Virus record (IMG/VR): IMGVR_UViG_3300044233_005065
Location: 1-46,539 of that record
Reading direction: 5' to 3' (one strand)
From: a virus
Taxonomy: Duplodnaviria; Caudoviricetes
Length of the DNA: 46,539 bases
In this document: one piece after another, positions 1-10,849 of the stretch
How positions within the stretch are numbered: the stretch's first letter is position 1
Layout: every line of letters starts with the position of its first letter
Notes under the pieces: generated by a model
What the model saw: only the letters and a program-made list of their open reading frames with translations
The model's database searches: none
What the model was told of the DNA's origin: nothing
Translations under genes and position numbers: made by a program

Positions 1-3000
1 TACACGGGTATCCTAATTTTTCTCCACAAATGGAAAGGTTTCCAGCTCATTCATGGCAACAAGGTTCTCTTTGTTTAAAGAGGGGAGGCGTGTATGTTTT
101 TCATTTTCTTTATGGAGGTGGTCCTTGCTACTTACTACCTGAGTATGAGAGCATAAAAAATAGCGTGTATCCCACTCAAGGGCAAGCATCGTTTGGCCAG
201 TTTGGAACGGACCCAAGCCCATTTTCTTTGGACCCAAGAATAGGAAGACTTAAATATCCTCCAAATGAGAATATAGACCCTCTTAATTCGAGCGCTCTTG
301 ACATTTCAAAATTACAGCCAGGAAGAACTCATTCTCAAAAACTAATAGCATTCCAAAAAACATCCGCCTCTCTAGAACAACCCACGCATACTAATCCAGG
401 CGCTGGACCGGATGTGGGCAGCTACGCCGTACAGCCTAATTTGTTGGGGCAAGTAATAGTATACGGATATAATCCAGACAACTTAATTACTGAAGGAATG
501 ACATATCAAGTTGCGCCTTTTATGTCTTACGAAGAGTTTGCTGCTATGGACCCTCCACCGCATGGAGGAACAAGCCAAGAAAGTTACGAAGAATACAAAT
601 TTAAACTTGCCTGCCACGGAACTCTAACATGGAAGGTTCCGTACGATATGGATGATAGGATTTTTATCACCTCCATTGGCGCTGCACCGCAAGCAAATTA
701 TTATAATATACAAGAGTACGTAGAGCATGATTCGGATGGAAATCCTGTTTACAGTGAAAACACAATATTTAATAAATGGGGTTCAAGCGGTAGGCATTAC
801 GATGGGACTAATGAAGGAAACGCGTATGGCTTTGGATTGTCTGTATTTTTCACCGGACCAACATCTCCGCCAACAACATTACAATCAAAAATATCTTCTG
901 GGGAATTTCCCGCAATCACTTGGTCTCAAAGCTCGGACACAACAGAAGAAGCAAATACAATCCCCCTAATACATGAATCTGCATTTTTGATATCAGAAGC
1001 AAGAGGTGGAGGCGGAGGAAATGATGACCCAGGACTTGGAGATGGCGGTCCTCATGACAGCGACCAAGACGGAATACCCGATTCAGTTGAAGGCGGTGGA
1101 GATACAGACCAGGACGGAACACCTGACTATTTAGACACAGACAGTGATAACGACACAATATCAGATTTAGATGAAGGCTTGACAGACACCGATGAGGATG
1201 GCGTTCCGGATTATTTAGACACAGACAGTGACAACGACGGAATACCAGACGCAATAGAGGGTTCAGCAGACACTGATGGCGACGGAATACCAAATAGGCT
1301 AGACCCTGACAGTGACAATGATACAATACCAGATTCTATAGAGGGTATAATAGACCCACAAACAGGGCTTCCTATTGACACGGATGGGGATGGAACTCCA
1401 GACTATTTAGACACGGATAGCGATGGAGATTCTCTTCTTGATTCTTCTGAAGGAATAGGTGATGACGATGGTGATGGAATACCAAACTACAGAGATTCAA
1501 GACTACAAATAAGCACAATAGGACTTCCAATTGATGGTGTCGCTCAAGACTTTACATCATATCAATCTTGGGAAGATTATGCCGGAGACCAGACTCACGC
1601 ATCACAATGGGCAGAAGTTCGCAAATACACCTCCAGCTCATTTCAAAGCTTCGGCACGCTAAATGTTTCTGATTGGGCTTCGACACCGGACGTAAATAAT
1701 TATCCAAGGCTTTATGCGTCTGAAAACTCAAGGCATGAGGGAGAGTTGAGCCGTGCTGTCTTGATTGGAGGATTTGAACCAGGGGTTGTTAATCTAGGTG
1801 TTAGTTTTTTTAGATTAGAACAAATTGCAACCACATCTACTATTAAGATAGACACTAACGTCGCATCAAATGTTCAGGTAGACTCATGCATGGCTGCTGC
1901 AGGAGAAGCCGTATCTTTTGAATGTTGTGCTGAGAACAGTACGATAAGCAGCGATGGGAATATATTTACAAATTGTCTTTCTATTGGAAATTTAACGCAA
2001 AATGAAAATTCTGGACCAGACTGGGGTTTTAAGCTTGGCGGAAGCAATATGCAAGGAGGAGCAATTGTTGGAGTTTCTTGCGTTAATTGCGCTTCTTACG
2101 ACCAGCTTGGAAGTGGATTTTCTGTTTATAATACGTCTGTTCCTGGTGACACTGGAGGGGGAACGGTTCTTATACAAAATTGCATAGCGGCTGACGCCGA
2201 AGGTCAAGATTATATTTTCTCTTCCGGCGGCACCGGTACAATTACAACAACCAATAATATGTCCAGTGACGCTAGCGCTCTTGCAAACGGAGATAACCTC
2301 GCTACACATTTAACCCAAAGGTTATCACAGGATATTTGGGTAAATCCGGTTCGAAGCAACGACATAAACGAGCTAGCTTTAGCCAACTTTAGATTAAAAA
2401 ATGACTCTGACGGTATTGACGCTGGGCTAGATAATATATCTACACCCGCAAAAGATATAACAAATTCTCCCAGAATCTTTAATAACCTAGTTGATATGGG
2501 TCCGTTTGAATGGATAAGTCCCCCTAGCATACATGCCACCCTCTTTATTCCGGCAGAGAAAGAGAGCGAGGCTATTAGAAGCCTGTTTGTCTCTGGTCAT
2601 CCGGGAGGAGGAAATTTGACTTTTAACATTATGAGGCTTTTCACAAAAACGCAAGGCATTGGTACTGACACCATGCCTCTTATTACGGGCGGTCCAGTTG
2701 AAGTCACGAATACTATGCCGTTATATATTAATAGCATACCTACCGAGAGTACAGCTAAGTTATATGTTTCTGGAAAAATTGACATATTTAATAGGTCGGG
2801 TCTTCAGACTTTGTTTACCGTTGCAAAAGGAGCAACCCTTTCTTCAGACCTAATAATAGGCGGTTGCAGAGGAGACTTAGGTATATGCCCTGATATACAG
2901 GATATTGTAGACGAGCCGTCCATACCCTTCAATGGATACAACCCAACATTATATCTTCCTGGAGAATCTAAGTGTTTTGGATTCCTCTCTCCAAACACAG

Positions 3001-4319
3001 AGGATAGCTCCGCAGTAAAACCAAAATATTTACTTGAAGACAATTTAAATGACAGCTCTTCCTCCTCCACCAATTGGTCTGTTTCTGGAACCATGGCATA
3101 CACACAAGATAGAGCTCAAGGCAACAAAGCCATCTTGTTTCCAAACGGCTCTACATCATCAAACCCAAATTTAGCTTCTATTCCTTTCGACAGCAATCCT
3201 GTCGCTTCCAACATAGAATGCTTATCAACAACTTCTGTAGTCAATGTCATTGATTCTGCCGGGAACAAACTTGTTTTCAATGATGGCTCAAGCTATGATA
3301 GTTCCCTTCAGTATGGATTAGGCGTAGGGACATACACCCTAGTAAACAATAATGCCTCACACCCAATAGCCATACTTAATTACGGTAATGCCAATATACA
3401 GTATACTGGTGATGTAGCCTACAAGTCTACCATGTCTGTAACCGGTTCAGACAACGATGCAGAATATGACTTCTATTATGGCCCTATAGTAATTACTGTT
3501 ACAGAAGACTTTGGCACAGTAAGTTTTTACTGCCGCAACCATGGCTATATGGGGGGGCAAAACGCTATAACTTTTTCCTCCGCATGTGCTACGGACACTG
3601 CTGTTTCAAACTACTTCTTTGATAGCTCGGGCGAAGGAATAGCTGTTTCCTTTTGGATTAAACGCATATCTGAATACACATCATCCCCTCCAGCAGACGC
3701 GATACCGGAGGGTATAATTACAAAATCTTCTTTGAACAACACTAATCCTTCAATAAGCGGAATTAATGGAGACTGGGGAATATTTAAAACAAATAGCAGC
3801 GAGCATACTGACATAGTTTTCTATGCAAATGTTGATGACGGTTCTCGCCAGAACACAATAGAGTTAGAAGGATTTTCTCCTGAAACAGGAAAATGGTATT
3901 TTGTCATGTATTGGATAAACGCGGAAGATAAACGTTCATACTTTAGATACGTCAAGGCGCCCATCTTTTCTTCTCAGTCACAGCTTTTCATTAATGTTTC
4001 AGACGCATCTACTGTTTTAAGTCAAAAATGGCAAGGAAACCTGCAAAGTTCCACAACTAAAAACTTGATGCTTGGATATAACGAGCATGGGCTTGGCGGC
4101 TCCTCTACAGGATTCCTCGGGGAAACCTATGGGGATTCATGGGCCATAGACGAAATAATGTTCTCTAACCAAATATGTTCAAAATCTGCAATGGAAAGCG
4201 TTTTCAATACTGTTTATAAAAACTCGCTATACTCTGTTATATCTGAGAGTTTTATGAGCCTTTATATACCTGGACCACCAGAACACACTGGGTATAACGA
4301 AGAAGACCTATTGTTATAA
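1..4319 (+). CDS. Large mosaic virion/adhesin-like protein (TSP3-like Ca-binding repeats, beta-helix/choice-of-anchor-Q-like region, cupredoxin-like insert, C-terminal LamG/ConA-like domain); probably 5'-truncated by the window edge
   Basis: ORF 30..4319 (1429 aa). The frame is open from position 3 (HGYPNFSPQ before the ATG), so the true start may lie upstream. Motifs: DxDxDGxPD repeats, [13 protein letters not shown]...[24 protein letters not shown]...GKWYFV...IDEIMF. Confidence 0.7.
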   Translation, partial: HGYPNFSPQMERFPAHSWQQGSLCLKRGGVYVFHFLYGGGPCYLLPEYESIKNSVYPTQGQASFGQFGTDPSPFSLDPRIGRLKYPPNENIDPLNSSALDISKLQPGRTHSQKLIAFQKTSASLEQPTHTNPGAGPDVGSYAVQPNLLGQVIVYGYNPDNLITEGMTYQVAPFMSYEEFAAMDPPPHGGTSQESYEEYKFKLACHGTLTWKVPYDMDDRIFITSIGAAPQANYYNIQEYVEHDSDGNPVYSENTIFNKWGSSGRHYDGTNEGNAYGFGLSVFFTGPTSPPTTLQSKISSGEFPAITWSQSSDTTEEANTIPLIHESAFLISEARGGGGGNDDPGLGDGGPHDSDQDGIPDSVEGGGDTDQDGTPDYLDTDSDNDTISDLDEGLTDTDEDGVPDYLDTDSDNDGIPDAIEGSADTDGDGIPNRLDPDSDNDTIPDSIEGIIDPQTGLPIDTDGDGTPDYLDTDSDGDSLLDSSEGIGDDDGDGIPNYRDSRLQISTIGLPIDGVAQDFTSYQSWEDYAGDQTHASQWAEVRKYTSSSFQSFGTLNVSDWASTPDVNNYPRLYASENSRHEGELSRAVLIGGFEPGVVNLGVSFFRLEQIATTSTIKIDTNVASNVQVDSCMAAAGEAVSFECCAENSTISSDGNIFTNCLSIGNLTQNENSGPDWGFKLGGSNMQGGAIVGVSCVNCASYDQLGSGFSVYNTSVPGDTGGGTVLIQNCIAADAEGQDYIFSSGGTGTITTTNNMSSDASALANGDNLATHLTQRLSQDIWVNPVRSNDINELALANFRLKNDSDGIDAGLDNISTPAKDITNSPRIFNNLVDMGPFEWISPPSIHATLFIPAEKESEAIRSLFVSGHPGGGNLTFNIMRLFTKTQGIGTDTMPLITGGPVEVTNTMPLYINSIPTESTAKLYVSGKIDIFNRSGLQTLFTVAKGATLSSDLIIGGCRGDLGICPDIQDIVDEPSIPFNGYNPTLYLPGESKCFGFLSPNTEDSSAVKPKYLLEDNLNDSSSSSTNWSVSGTMAYTQDRAQGNKAILFPNGSTSSNPNLASIPFDSNPVASNIECLSTTSVVNVIDSAGNKLVFNDGSSYDSSLQYGLGVGTYTLVNNNASHPIAILNYGNANIQYTGDVAYKSTMSVTGSDNDAEYDFYYGPIVITVTEDFGTVSFYCRNHGYMGGQNAITFSSACATDTAVSNYFFDSSGEGIAVSFWIKRISEYTSSPPADAIPEGIITKSSLNNTNPSISGINGDWGIFKTNSSEHTDIVFYANVDDGSRQNTIELEGFSPETGKWYFVMYWINAEDKRSYFRYVKAPIFSSQSQLFINVSDASTVLSQKWQGNLQSSTTKNLMLGYNEHGLGGSSTGFLGETYGDSWAIDEIMFSNQICSKSAMESVFNTVYKNSLYSVISESFMSLYIPGPPEHTGYNEEDLLL
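1056..1499 (+). repeat. Ten TSP3-like acidic Ca2+-binding repeats (D-x-D-x-D-G/T/S-x-x-D/N) within the first CDS
   Basis: Alternating units such as [13 protein letters not shown] / [13 protein letters not shown] / [13 protein letters not shown] / [13 protein letters not shown]; the DNA repeat gactatttagacac recurs. Confidence 0.9.
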
Positions 4320-4320
4320 G

Positions 4321-4334
4321 TGGTGTATATTAAT
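4321..4334 (+). promoter_or_regulatory. Putative late-promoter motif TGGTG-TAnnnT-(T)AAT, copy 1
   Basis: tggtgtatattaat in the 44-bp gap before the 4364 gene; a near-identical motif occurs at 16390. Confidence 0.5.
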
Positions 4335-4363
4335 ATAGAAATCTTAATTATAGGACTTAAAAA

Positions 4364-6235
4364 ATGCCAATTTCATATGATGGGAAATATATAGTTCCCG
4401 CGCCATTTTTAGGAATAAGCAAAACTTATATCAGAACGTCTGATGGACAAAAAGTTGGCGCTACATATAATATAACCCTAGACGGAACTCTAATTCCTCA
4501 GAAGGGTTCTCCTAACAGTAAGGGCGTGTTTGCCGATGATGCAAATTATACCCCTCCAGATGATGAAAACGATATAGACATAGACAAGCTTCAGCATTCT
4601 TTTATGAAGAAAACCGAAGCTCTTAGAGATTTGTTTTCTACAGACGGTAAGCTTCTTGAGATAAGCAGTTGGCTTGAGAATAGCGGCGGAGGCGCTGTGT
4701 ATCCGGCTATTTCGGGTTATCCACGCATCACATCCATTGACTTCCCATCTAATCAATATGTTCAGACATTACCATTTAGCATAACACTTGAGCTAGATGA
4801 AGTTATTGGTGTTGTTGATGAGACCTCTAGAGGAGAAACAGGATATGGACGAGAGGACTTTAAGAATTCTGACGAAGTAAAGGTTCATGAGTCTGGACAA
4901 TTTTTCAATGAGCCTGGAACGGCTGTAAATGCTGGGAAGCCCATATACCTCTCCGCTGCTGATGAAAATTGGCAAATAGATTTTGCAGGAAACAGAAAAG
5001 GGGAAATGATTCCTCATACTTACGGCTCAAATCCAAGCACTTGTGATGGCGCAAACCATAACATAGACCACAGGCAAACCCAAGTATATAATATTACGCA
5101 TACGATTACCGCTACCGGCAAAAATGCTTATGACGGAAACGGCTTAATTAGAAAGCCTTGGGAAAACGCTAAGCTTTGGGTCGACGGTCAAGTTGGGCTA
5201 CCTTCTGTAAATAGCCCTGCGTACAGCAAGAATTTTGAAGATATATTTGGTTTTGGAACAGGTCCATCTGGTGATTATGATAATTATAAATTGTATAATC
5301 ACGTTAGAAGCAAAAATGCAGACTACTCTAATGGAACATACAGCGTTACAGAAAACTGGGTAATGGCAAAAACGGATTCAGAAACCAACCATAATGTTTT
5401 TGATGACTGCAATGTTGACTTGAGTTATGACAGAAATACGGGCCTCGTTACAGTGAATGTTGCCGGAACTATTACAGGTCTTGAGACTAGAAAAAGCTGC
5501 ACGATAGGAGAACGAAGTGATGCTGATTATGATAATGTTACAGAGTCCGCATTTGCCGCAGCTAAAGCATATTTTGAGGATGTCTATGAAGAAACTCCAG
5601 GAGGTGGAGGTCCGGGAGTGAGCACTTTCACTATATATGAGTATGCGAAAAGGTGCTTCTCTGACGAATATATTTCATCGGCCTATGAAGATTCCTTGGG
5701 CACAAAGTTAAAGCCAGAACACATATCTAAAACAGTTAGTCAAAACGTAGCTAATGGCAGCATATCCTATTCATATCTTTTTAACAATAGACCTCAATTT
5801 ATTTCTGGAAGTAAAACTGAAACTTATTCATCCCAAGACAAAAAAGCCGTTAGCAAATATGCAATATTAGAGGTTCCTGGAAGGGTTTCGGGTCCAATTT
5901 TACAGAATATGAATACAAAGGAACTTGCCTCTGTTACTGTAACAGTAGACATTTTAATGAAAAATCAAAGAGTTGTTCCAAAACCCACATCCTGGAATGG
6001 AGAGGATGTTACTAACGTGGTAATATTTCAAAGACCCTTGGCGACAGACAGCATCGCCAAGGGAGCGAGAAGAATAACTCTTCCAACAAACCATCCTTGT
6101 CACCCTAACAATGAAAATAACACTTTGATGATAGTGTCAGACCAACAAGAGTCTTTTGATTCCACTTCTGGAAAATACAATCTATCAACAACGTATACAT
6201 ATCAAACAGGATGTACTACAGTACAGTTCGGATAA
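4364..6235 (+). CDS. Putative virion structural (tail/baseplate) protein, 623 aa
   Basis: Long ORF, agga RBS upstream, beta-rich Thr/Ser/Tyr composition (YNITHTITATGK, GSISYSYLF, LEVPGRVSGPILQ), located in the structural arm. Confidence 0.55.
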   Translation: MPISYDGKYIVPAPFLGISKTYIRTSDGQKVGATYNITLDGTLIPQKGSPNSKGVFADDANYTPPDDENDIDIDKLQHSFMKKTEALRDLFSTDGKLLEISSWLENSGGGAVYPAISGYPRITSIDFPSNQYVQTLPFSITLELDEVIGVVDETSRGETGYGREDFKNSDEVKVHESGQFFNEPGTAVNAGKPIYLSAADENWQIDFAGNRKGEMIPHTYGSNPSTCDGANHNIDHRQTQVYNITHTITATGKNAYDGNGLIRKPWENAKLWVDGQVGLPSVNSPAYSKNFEDIFGFGTGPSGDYDNYKLYNHVRSKNADYSNGTYSVTENWVMAKTDSETNHNVFDDCNVDLSYDRNTGLVTVNVAGTITGLETRKSCTIGERSDADYDNVTESAFAAAKAYFEDVYEETPGGGGPGVSTFTIYEYAKRCFSDEYISSAYEDSLGTKLKPEHISKTVSQNVANGSISYSYLFNNRPQFISGSKTETYSSQDKKAVSKYAILEVPGRVSGPILQNMNTKELASVTVTVDILMKNQRVVPKPTSWNGEDVTNVVIFQRPLATDSIAKGARRITLPTNHPCHPNNENNTLMIVSDQQESFDSTSGKYNLSTTYTYQTGCTTVQFG

Positions 6236-6247
6236 AAAGGAATAAAA

Positions 6248-9200
6248 ATGGCTTTTAGGCAAACTAGATTTATGGGCGCTAGCGTCATGAGCTTTAACTC
6301 TGGCCTTGGCTTTGGCGCAGACAACACTGAAGTCACAGTGCAGTTAGTAGAAGATAAATGCACAACTACGCCAAAGGTTATTCACGGATATGTTACTAAC
6401 AGCAACGGAAGCAGAACGTGGAGGAGCGGAATAACTTACGGGGCAGACAGATTTGTTCCCCAGCCCATCGGAACTCCTTTATTTTTCATATATGATGGTT
6501 TTGTTTACGGCGGTCTTTTGTATAACTGGGAAAGGAATAGGGGCCCAGGAGGGTCAACAATATCCGTAAGGCTTAGAAGCCCATCTATAGTTCTAGACAG
6601 CTCTACTCTAGTTCTTCAGAACGCAGACGATTCCCCAATATTTTTCTCTAGATTTGGAATCCAAGCATCAAAAATAAACAATATGATAAACGTTCCATAC
6701 ATTAATGGAGTGCCTTCTTGGTGCAATGATGTTGGCGTTACTTGGCAGATGATAAAGAGGGCTCTTTATTTTAGAAGAAATTCTCTTGGCGTTTTATATC
6801 AAAGATTTTTCTGGTTTAGATACGATAAGAGAGGCAGGCCTTTTTCTTACAAGCTTTATTTAGAGTCTGGAATTGGTCCTGACAATTTAAGGTTCAACGG
6901 AGATTCTACAACGTGCATGGAGGCTATAAGCCGTGCTGCAAGAGCTTCAGGAGGAAGGATATATATAGACCTTTTGCCGGACAGGACAGGTCAAGCAACG
7001 GCCATCATAAGGGTTAGGTATAACAATTTTGACATTAACCCAGCGGCTTCCGGATTATTAAGGGCGCAAAGAATAAATGCTGGCGCAAGCTATCAAATTG
7101 GGGTTGCGTATCAAAAAGCAAACGCTACTGATGGAAATTGTGCGCACAACGTTATGAAATGGTCTGCAGGACTAGAGTTTTCTGATGTTGTGTCACAGTC
7201 TGCGGTTCAAGGAGAATATAGACACGAAATATGGCAAAGTTGGCAGAACGACAATGCTGGCGGTAATTTTGACCAAATAAAAAATAATCTGCATACGTAC
7301 TGGGGAAAGCACGCCTGTGGACCATACGCAGGTCAAGGCGTTGTTTCTTATGGTAGAGGCGACGGAGAAAACTTCACTACCTGTGTTGCAAATCAACCTT
7401 GGGGGTTTTTGGTCGGAGGAACTTATAACATTAGCGTTCTTGAGCTAAGAGCAGCTTTAGCTGGCTTTGACTCTTGGTATATGTTTATTACTTATTTTAA
7501 ACCCATGCTTCTTCCGATGCTTGGGCTACCTATGCCGAACGCCGCAAACACCCCCTTTCTCGCGGCATCGGTTAGCCTAATATTGAATTTGGGCCTCAAT
7601 ATCAACGCTTCAAACTGGCTATCTGCTACTTGGGCGGCTGCACGAGCAAAAGATTTAAAGCAAGAGTTGTTGCAACAAATACATCAGTATGTTACAGGAT
7701 TTGGTCAATATTATGGAAAACAGTTTGTGGTTGATGTTCCCGAAGTTTACTGTTGTAATGGAGGAGTTGAGCCAGAGCCAAATACAAATTGGGAAAGAAC
7801 AGACGCTGGATACATGAATAACCCATATCACCCGCAAGGAATATTGGGTATACCGTGGAATAGTCCAGTTCTACAAATATTTAAAGTTGACGATGGTAGA
7901 TGCGGGCCTGTTTTCTATTGGGACGAGCGACATATAAGAGCAAATGAAAATGTTTTATCTGTTCAAAATCAATTAAACTTTAATAATATTTCAGGAACAT
8001 GGTTTTCTCCTGATGGCACCAGAGTCTGGACTGGCGCTTCTTTTAAAGAGCTTATGTATAACTGCAGGCCCGGCTTACCGCAACCAATAGCCCTTTTAGA
8101 AACCCCAGGAATCGAAATGAGACCGGCAGTCGCCGCAAGTGGAGTGGTAGAAGGACTGCACTACGCTTTACTTCAATTAATATGGGGAGGAATTGAGGGT
8201 GGCTCGCTGACCCCTGGTCAAAAAGTCAACCTGCATGCATGGCTCAGGACGTCTCATGCAAGCTCAATGAAAGGAATGTCTCTAGCCCCAGCTATGTTTT
8301 CGCCGTCAGCAGCGGCGGTTCCCATGAAATCTAATTATAATTGCTACGGTCCGTTTGAAGCGTATCTTGGAGTCAATGGTAGATGTGAATGGGAAAGAGA
8401 CACTAGCCTTGCTCCGTGGCTTTTTAATGGTTACAGCTTGTTGCTACAGGCGGGCTCAATAAAGGCCTCCGCTAAACTTTCAAATCAATATGTTCTGGAA
8501 TCAGGCAGTATTACATATGCAGGAGGTCCGTCCCAGGGAAACATTAGTCAGCTTGGCGCACAGCTAGCGGGTACAATGGGTCCAAACGTTACAAATGTAA
8601 ACATAGCTTTTGGGACTGGAGGGGTTACAACAACAATAAACTTTAGAACTTTTGTTAGAAACTTTGGAGAAAAAGCTCAAAGCGATGTCGAGTGGCTACA
8701 GCTAATTGGCCAGAAGTCTCAACAATTCCAAAGAGCTTTTGGATTGGCCTTTGCTGGCGGACTTGCCATGGGAATCGCTATTGGCGGCGCCGGTATGTTT
8801 GCTGGAGCTATTGCGCCTCTTCTTTTTGGTGGTGGCGCCGGTGAAGGCGTTGGCGGCGGAGCTGATGGTGGTGCGGGAGGCGGTTTCGGAGCAGGGGGAG
8901 CGGGAGCAGGAGGGTTAACTGCGCTAAAAGACGGATTAGGCTCTACGGAGGAAGACTATACACATCACGAATCGTGGAGTATGAATATAAACTCCATGAG
9001 AGAAAAATATCTTGGCAATGTATATAAAGACAATAACAGTTTTAATAAAAGCAATCTACAGACAGATTCGGAAAAATGGAAGAATTTGGCCTTTGTAAGC
9101 AACGAAGGTTTAGTCCGACCCTTTACTATTGGTGACTCTGGACAAAAATATTTCAGCAAATGGGAAGACCCTTCTGGAGATGAATCCACAGAGGGTATTT

Positions 9201-10207
9201 GCGAAAATCTTGCCGGAGCGGATTTCAATTCTGGAATTGAATATTATGACCATGTAGAGTGCTGTTTATGTTCTCCTAGTGATGGCACATGCGATATACC
9301 CATCAATTCTGAAACATTAAATCCTTTTATGACAATGTCCAAGGCTTCTGAACTAGCGACCAACGCAACCGGAGGTACAGATATATGGGGTTTGGTTACA
9401 GGAACAGAGCCAAGTGAAAGGGGTTTTTATCCCTACCCGACAGACTCTGAGTTAAGAGACTGTAGGCCCATGGGTTTAAGAGGGCCGTTAGTTTTATCTG
9501 GGTGGGGATATGACATGGATGGATGCCCCGTTCCTGCTGACCCAGACGATAAGAAAAAGTTTCTTTCTGACTGGCTGAGAAAGGCTAAAAAATGGAAGAC
9601 TGGGCCAGTTGACCTTAGATGGGATGACGATAGAAAGGTATGGACCGCACCGCCCAACGATAGAGATAAATACGGATTCATAATTGAAGGCACTTTAGAA
9701 GACGAGCTTCCTCCTGGAGGAGAAGGCACTCTTAACATTCCTGCAAGGTGTCAAGAAGGCAACCAAGGGGAAGAACGCAAAGTTAAAGTTACGAATAGAC
9801 TTGGTCAGCCTTTATGTGGAGGTCAAAGAGTTTTTGCGTACTACAATCCATTTGGATGTGAATATGTTATAATACAAGCAGAATTCATGCCTGTCTGTGT
9901 TGTTACTGACATATGCGCTCAAGAACCACAAGCAGGTCTTGCAACCACCGGAAGTCCAGGAGCAACCGGTGAAGAAGGAAATTCGGAGACGGGTGACCAA
10001 GGCGTAGAAAACTGTTTAGATTTAACCGCAACCACTAGAATTATTTTCGTTCAATCTCCACCGACTATTGGGGTTAACACGAGATTTGCAATGGTCAAGT
10101 CCTGCAAGTATGACCCATGCCCATGCCCACCATCGCCTTCCCCTGAACCTGAAGCGCCACCAGATGATGACGATGATGACCCATGGGAAGATTTTCCTTG
10201 CAGTTAA
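6248..10207 (+). CDS. Putative tail/baseplate hub-like virion protein, 1319 aa, with a Gly/Ala-rich hydrophobic segment and Cys/Pro-rich C-terminus
   Basis: Long ORF, aagga RBS. It has VTNVNIAFGTGGVTTTINF (hub-like strand pattern), KTGPVDLRWDDDRKVW and a C-terminal CPCPPSPSPEP. Confidence 0.5.
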   Translation: MAFRQTRFMGASVMSFNSGLGFGADNTEVTVQLVEDKCTTTPKVIHGYVTNSNGSRTWRSGITYGADRFVPQPIGTPLFFIYDGFVYGGLLYNWERNRGPGGSTISVRLRSPSIVLDSSTLVLQNADDSPIFFSRFGIQASKINNMINVPYINGVPSWCNDVGVTWQMIKRALYFRRNSLGVLYQRFFWFRYDKRGRPFSYKLYLESGIGPDNLRFNGDSTTCMEAISRAARASGGRIYIDLLPDRTGQATAIIRVRYNNFDINPAASGLLRAQRINAGASYQIGVAYQKANATDGNCAHNVMKWSAGLEFSDVVSQSAVQGEYRHEIWQSWQNDNAGGNFDQIKNNLHTYWGKHACGPYAGQGVVSYGRGDGENFTTCVANQPWGFLVGGTYNISVLELRAALAGFDSWYMFITYFKPMLLPMLGLPMPNAANTPFLAASVSLILNLGLNINASNWLSATWAAARAKDLKQELLQQIHQYVTGFGQYYGKQFVVDVPEVYCCNGGVEPEPNTNWERTDAGYMNNPYHPQGILGIPWNSPVLQIFKVDDGRCGPVFYWDERHIRANENVLSVQNQLNFNNISGTWFSPDGTRVWTGASFKELMYNCRPGLPQPIALLETPGIEMRPAVAASGVVEGLHYALLQLIWGGIEGGSLTPGQKVNLHAWLRTSHASSMKGMSLAPAMFSPSAAAVPMKSNYNCYGPFEAYLGVNGRCEWERDTSLAPWLFNGYSLLLQAGSIKASAKLSNQYVLESGSITYAGGPSQGNISQLGAQLAGTMGPNVTNVNIAFGTGGVTTTINFRTFVRNFGEKAQSDVEWLQLIGQKSQQFQRAFGLAFAGGLAMGIAIGGAGMFAGAIAPLLFGGGAGEGVGGGADGGAGGGFGAGGAGAGGLTALKDGLGSTEEDYTHHESWSMNINSMREKYLGNVYKDNNSFNKSNLQTDSEKWKNLAFVSNEGLVRPFTIGDSGQKYFSKWEDPSGDESTEGICENLAGADFNSGIEYYDHVECCLCSPSDGTCDIPINSETLNPFMTMSKASELATNATGGTDIWGLVTGTEPSERGFYPYPTDSELRDCRPMGLRGPLVLSGWGYDMDGCPVPADPDDKKKFLSDWLRKAKKWKTGPVDLRWDDDRKVWTAPPNDRDKYGFIIEGTLEDELPPGGEGTLNIPARCQEGNQGEERKVKVTNRLGQPLCGGQRVFAYYNPFGCEYVIIQAEFMPVCVVTDICAQEPQAGLATTGSPGATGEEGNSETGDQGVENCLDLTATTRIIFVQSPPTIGVNTRFAMVKSCKYDPCPCPPSPSPEPEAPPDDDDDDPWEDFPCS

Positions 10208-10219
10208 TTTGGGAGCATT

Positions 10220-10846
10220 TTGATGGCAGTTCAACATAGAGATTATCCAAATTATCTTATTGATATACTTGAAGACGACCTTACGTACGCACATCTAGGA
10301 GAATGTGGAGAATGGGATAAGCACGGCGGAGACGGCTCAATTCCAATCGATTGGAGATGTGGTCCATCAGTATCTCCATGCGACGATGGAAATACTGGAG
10401 AGCCAGACTGTTTAGTAGGACATTTAGTAAAACCCCCTATTAATAGCTGGAGAGACTTTGACCCAGACGAAGATTCAAAGGACGGCCACCAAGATATTGT
10501 TCCTCCTCAATGGTGCGATGAAGATATGGCCGGTGGAACGGGCCCTCTTAGTCCTTTTAAGGCATACTATACCGCTGGACAACCTGAATCCGAAAAGTGG
10601 GATAAAGTTATTGAGGAGAGCGAGAGGTGTGAGGACTTTTGTGTTTTATTTCCAGGCCCTATAGAATGCGGCGGGGTTCCTGGAACTGTTCCTTCCCCAG
10701 AGCCTCACGCCCCATTTTATTTTGGATATGACCACGACTTTTTTCCTGGCTATATAAGAATTTTTCCTTTAGGTCCGTTGATTACTTGGGAAGAATGCAC
10801 GCCAACAGCAGAGAATCCACAAATGCCAGAAGAGGAAGAGGATTAA
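10220..10846 (+). CDS. Hypothetical acidic Cys/Pro-rich protein, ~208 aa
   Basis: ORF fills the gap between two large genes; ggag RBS at ~10212; the start could be TTG 10220 or ATG 10223. Confidence 0.75.
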   Translation: MMAVQHRDYPNYLIDILEDDLTYAHLGECGEWDKHGGDGSIPIDWRCGPSVSPCDDGNTGEPDCLVGHLVKPPINSWRDFDPDEDSKDGHQDIVPPQWCDEDMAGGTGPLSPFKAYYTAGQPESEKWDKVIEESERCEDFCVLFPGPIECGGVPGTVPSPEPHAPFYFGYDHDFFPGYIRIFPLGPLITWEECTPTAENPQMPEEEED

Positions 10847-10849
10847 AAT

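Noticed and set aside
1056-1499. Regularly spaced DNA repeats as a CRISPR array
   Set aside because: The repeats are degenerate at third codon positions and in frame within a long CDS; they are protein repeats.
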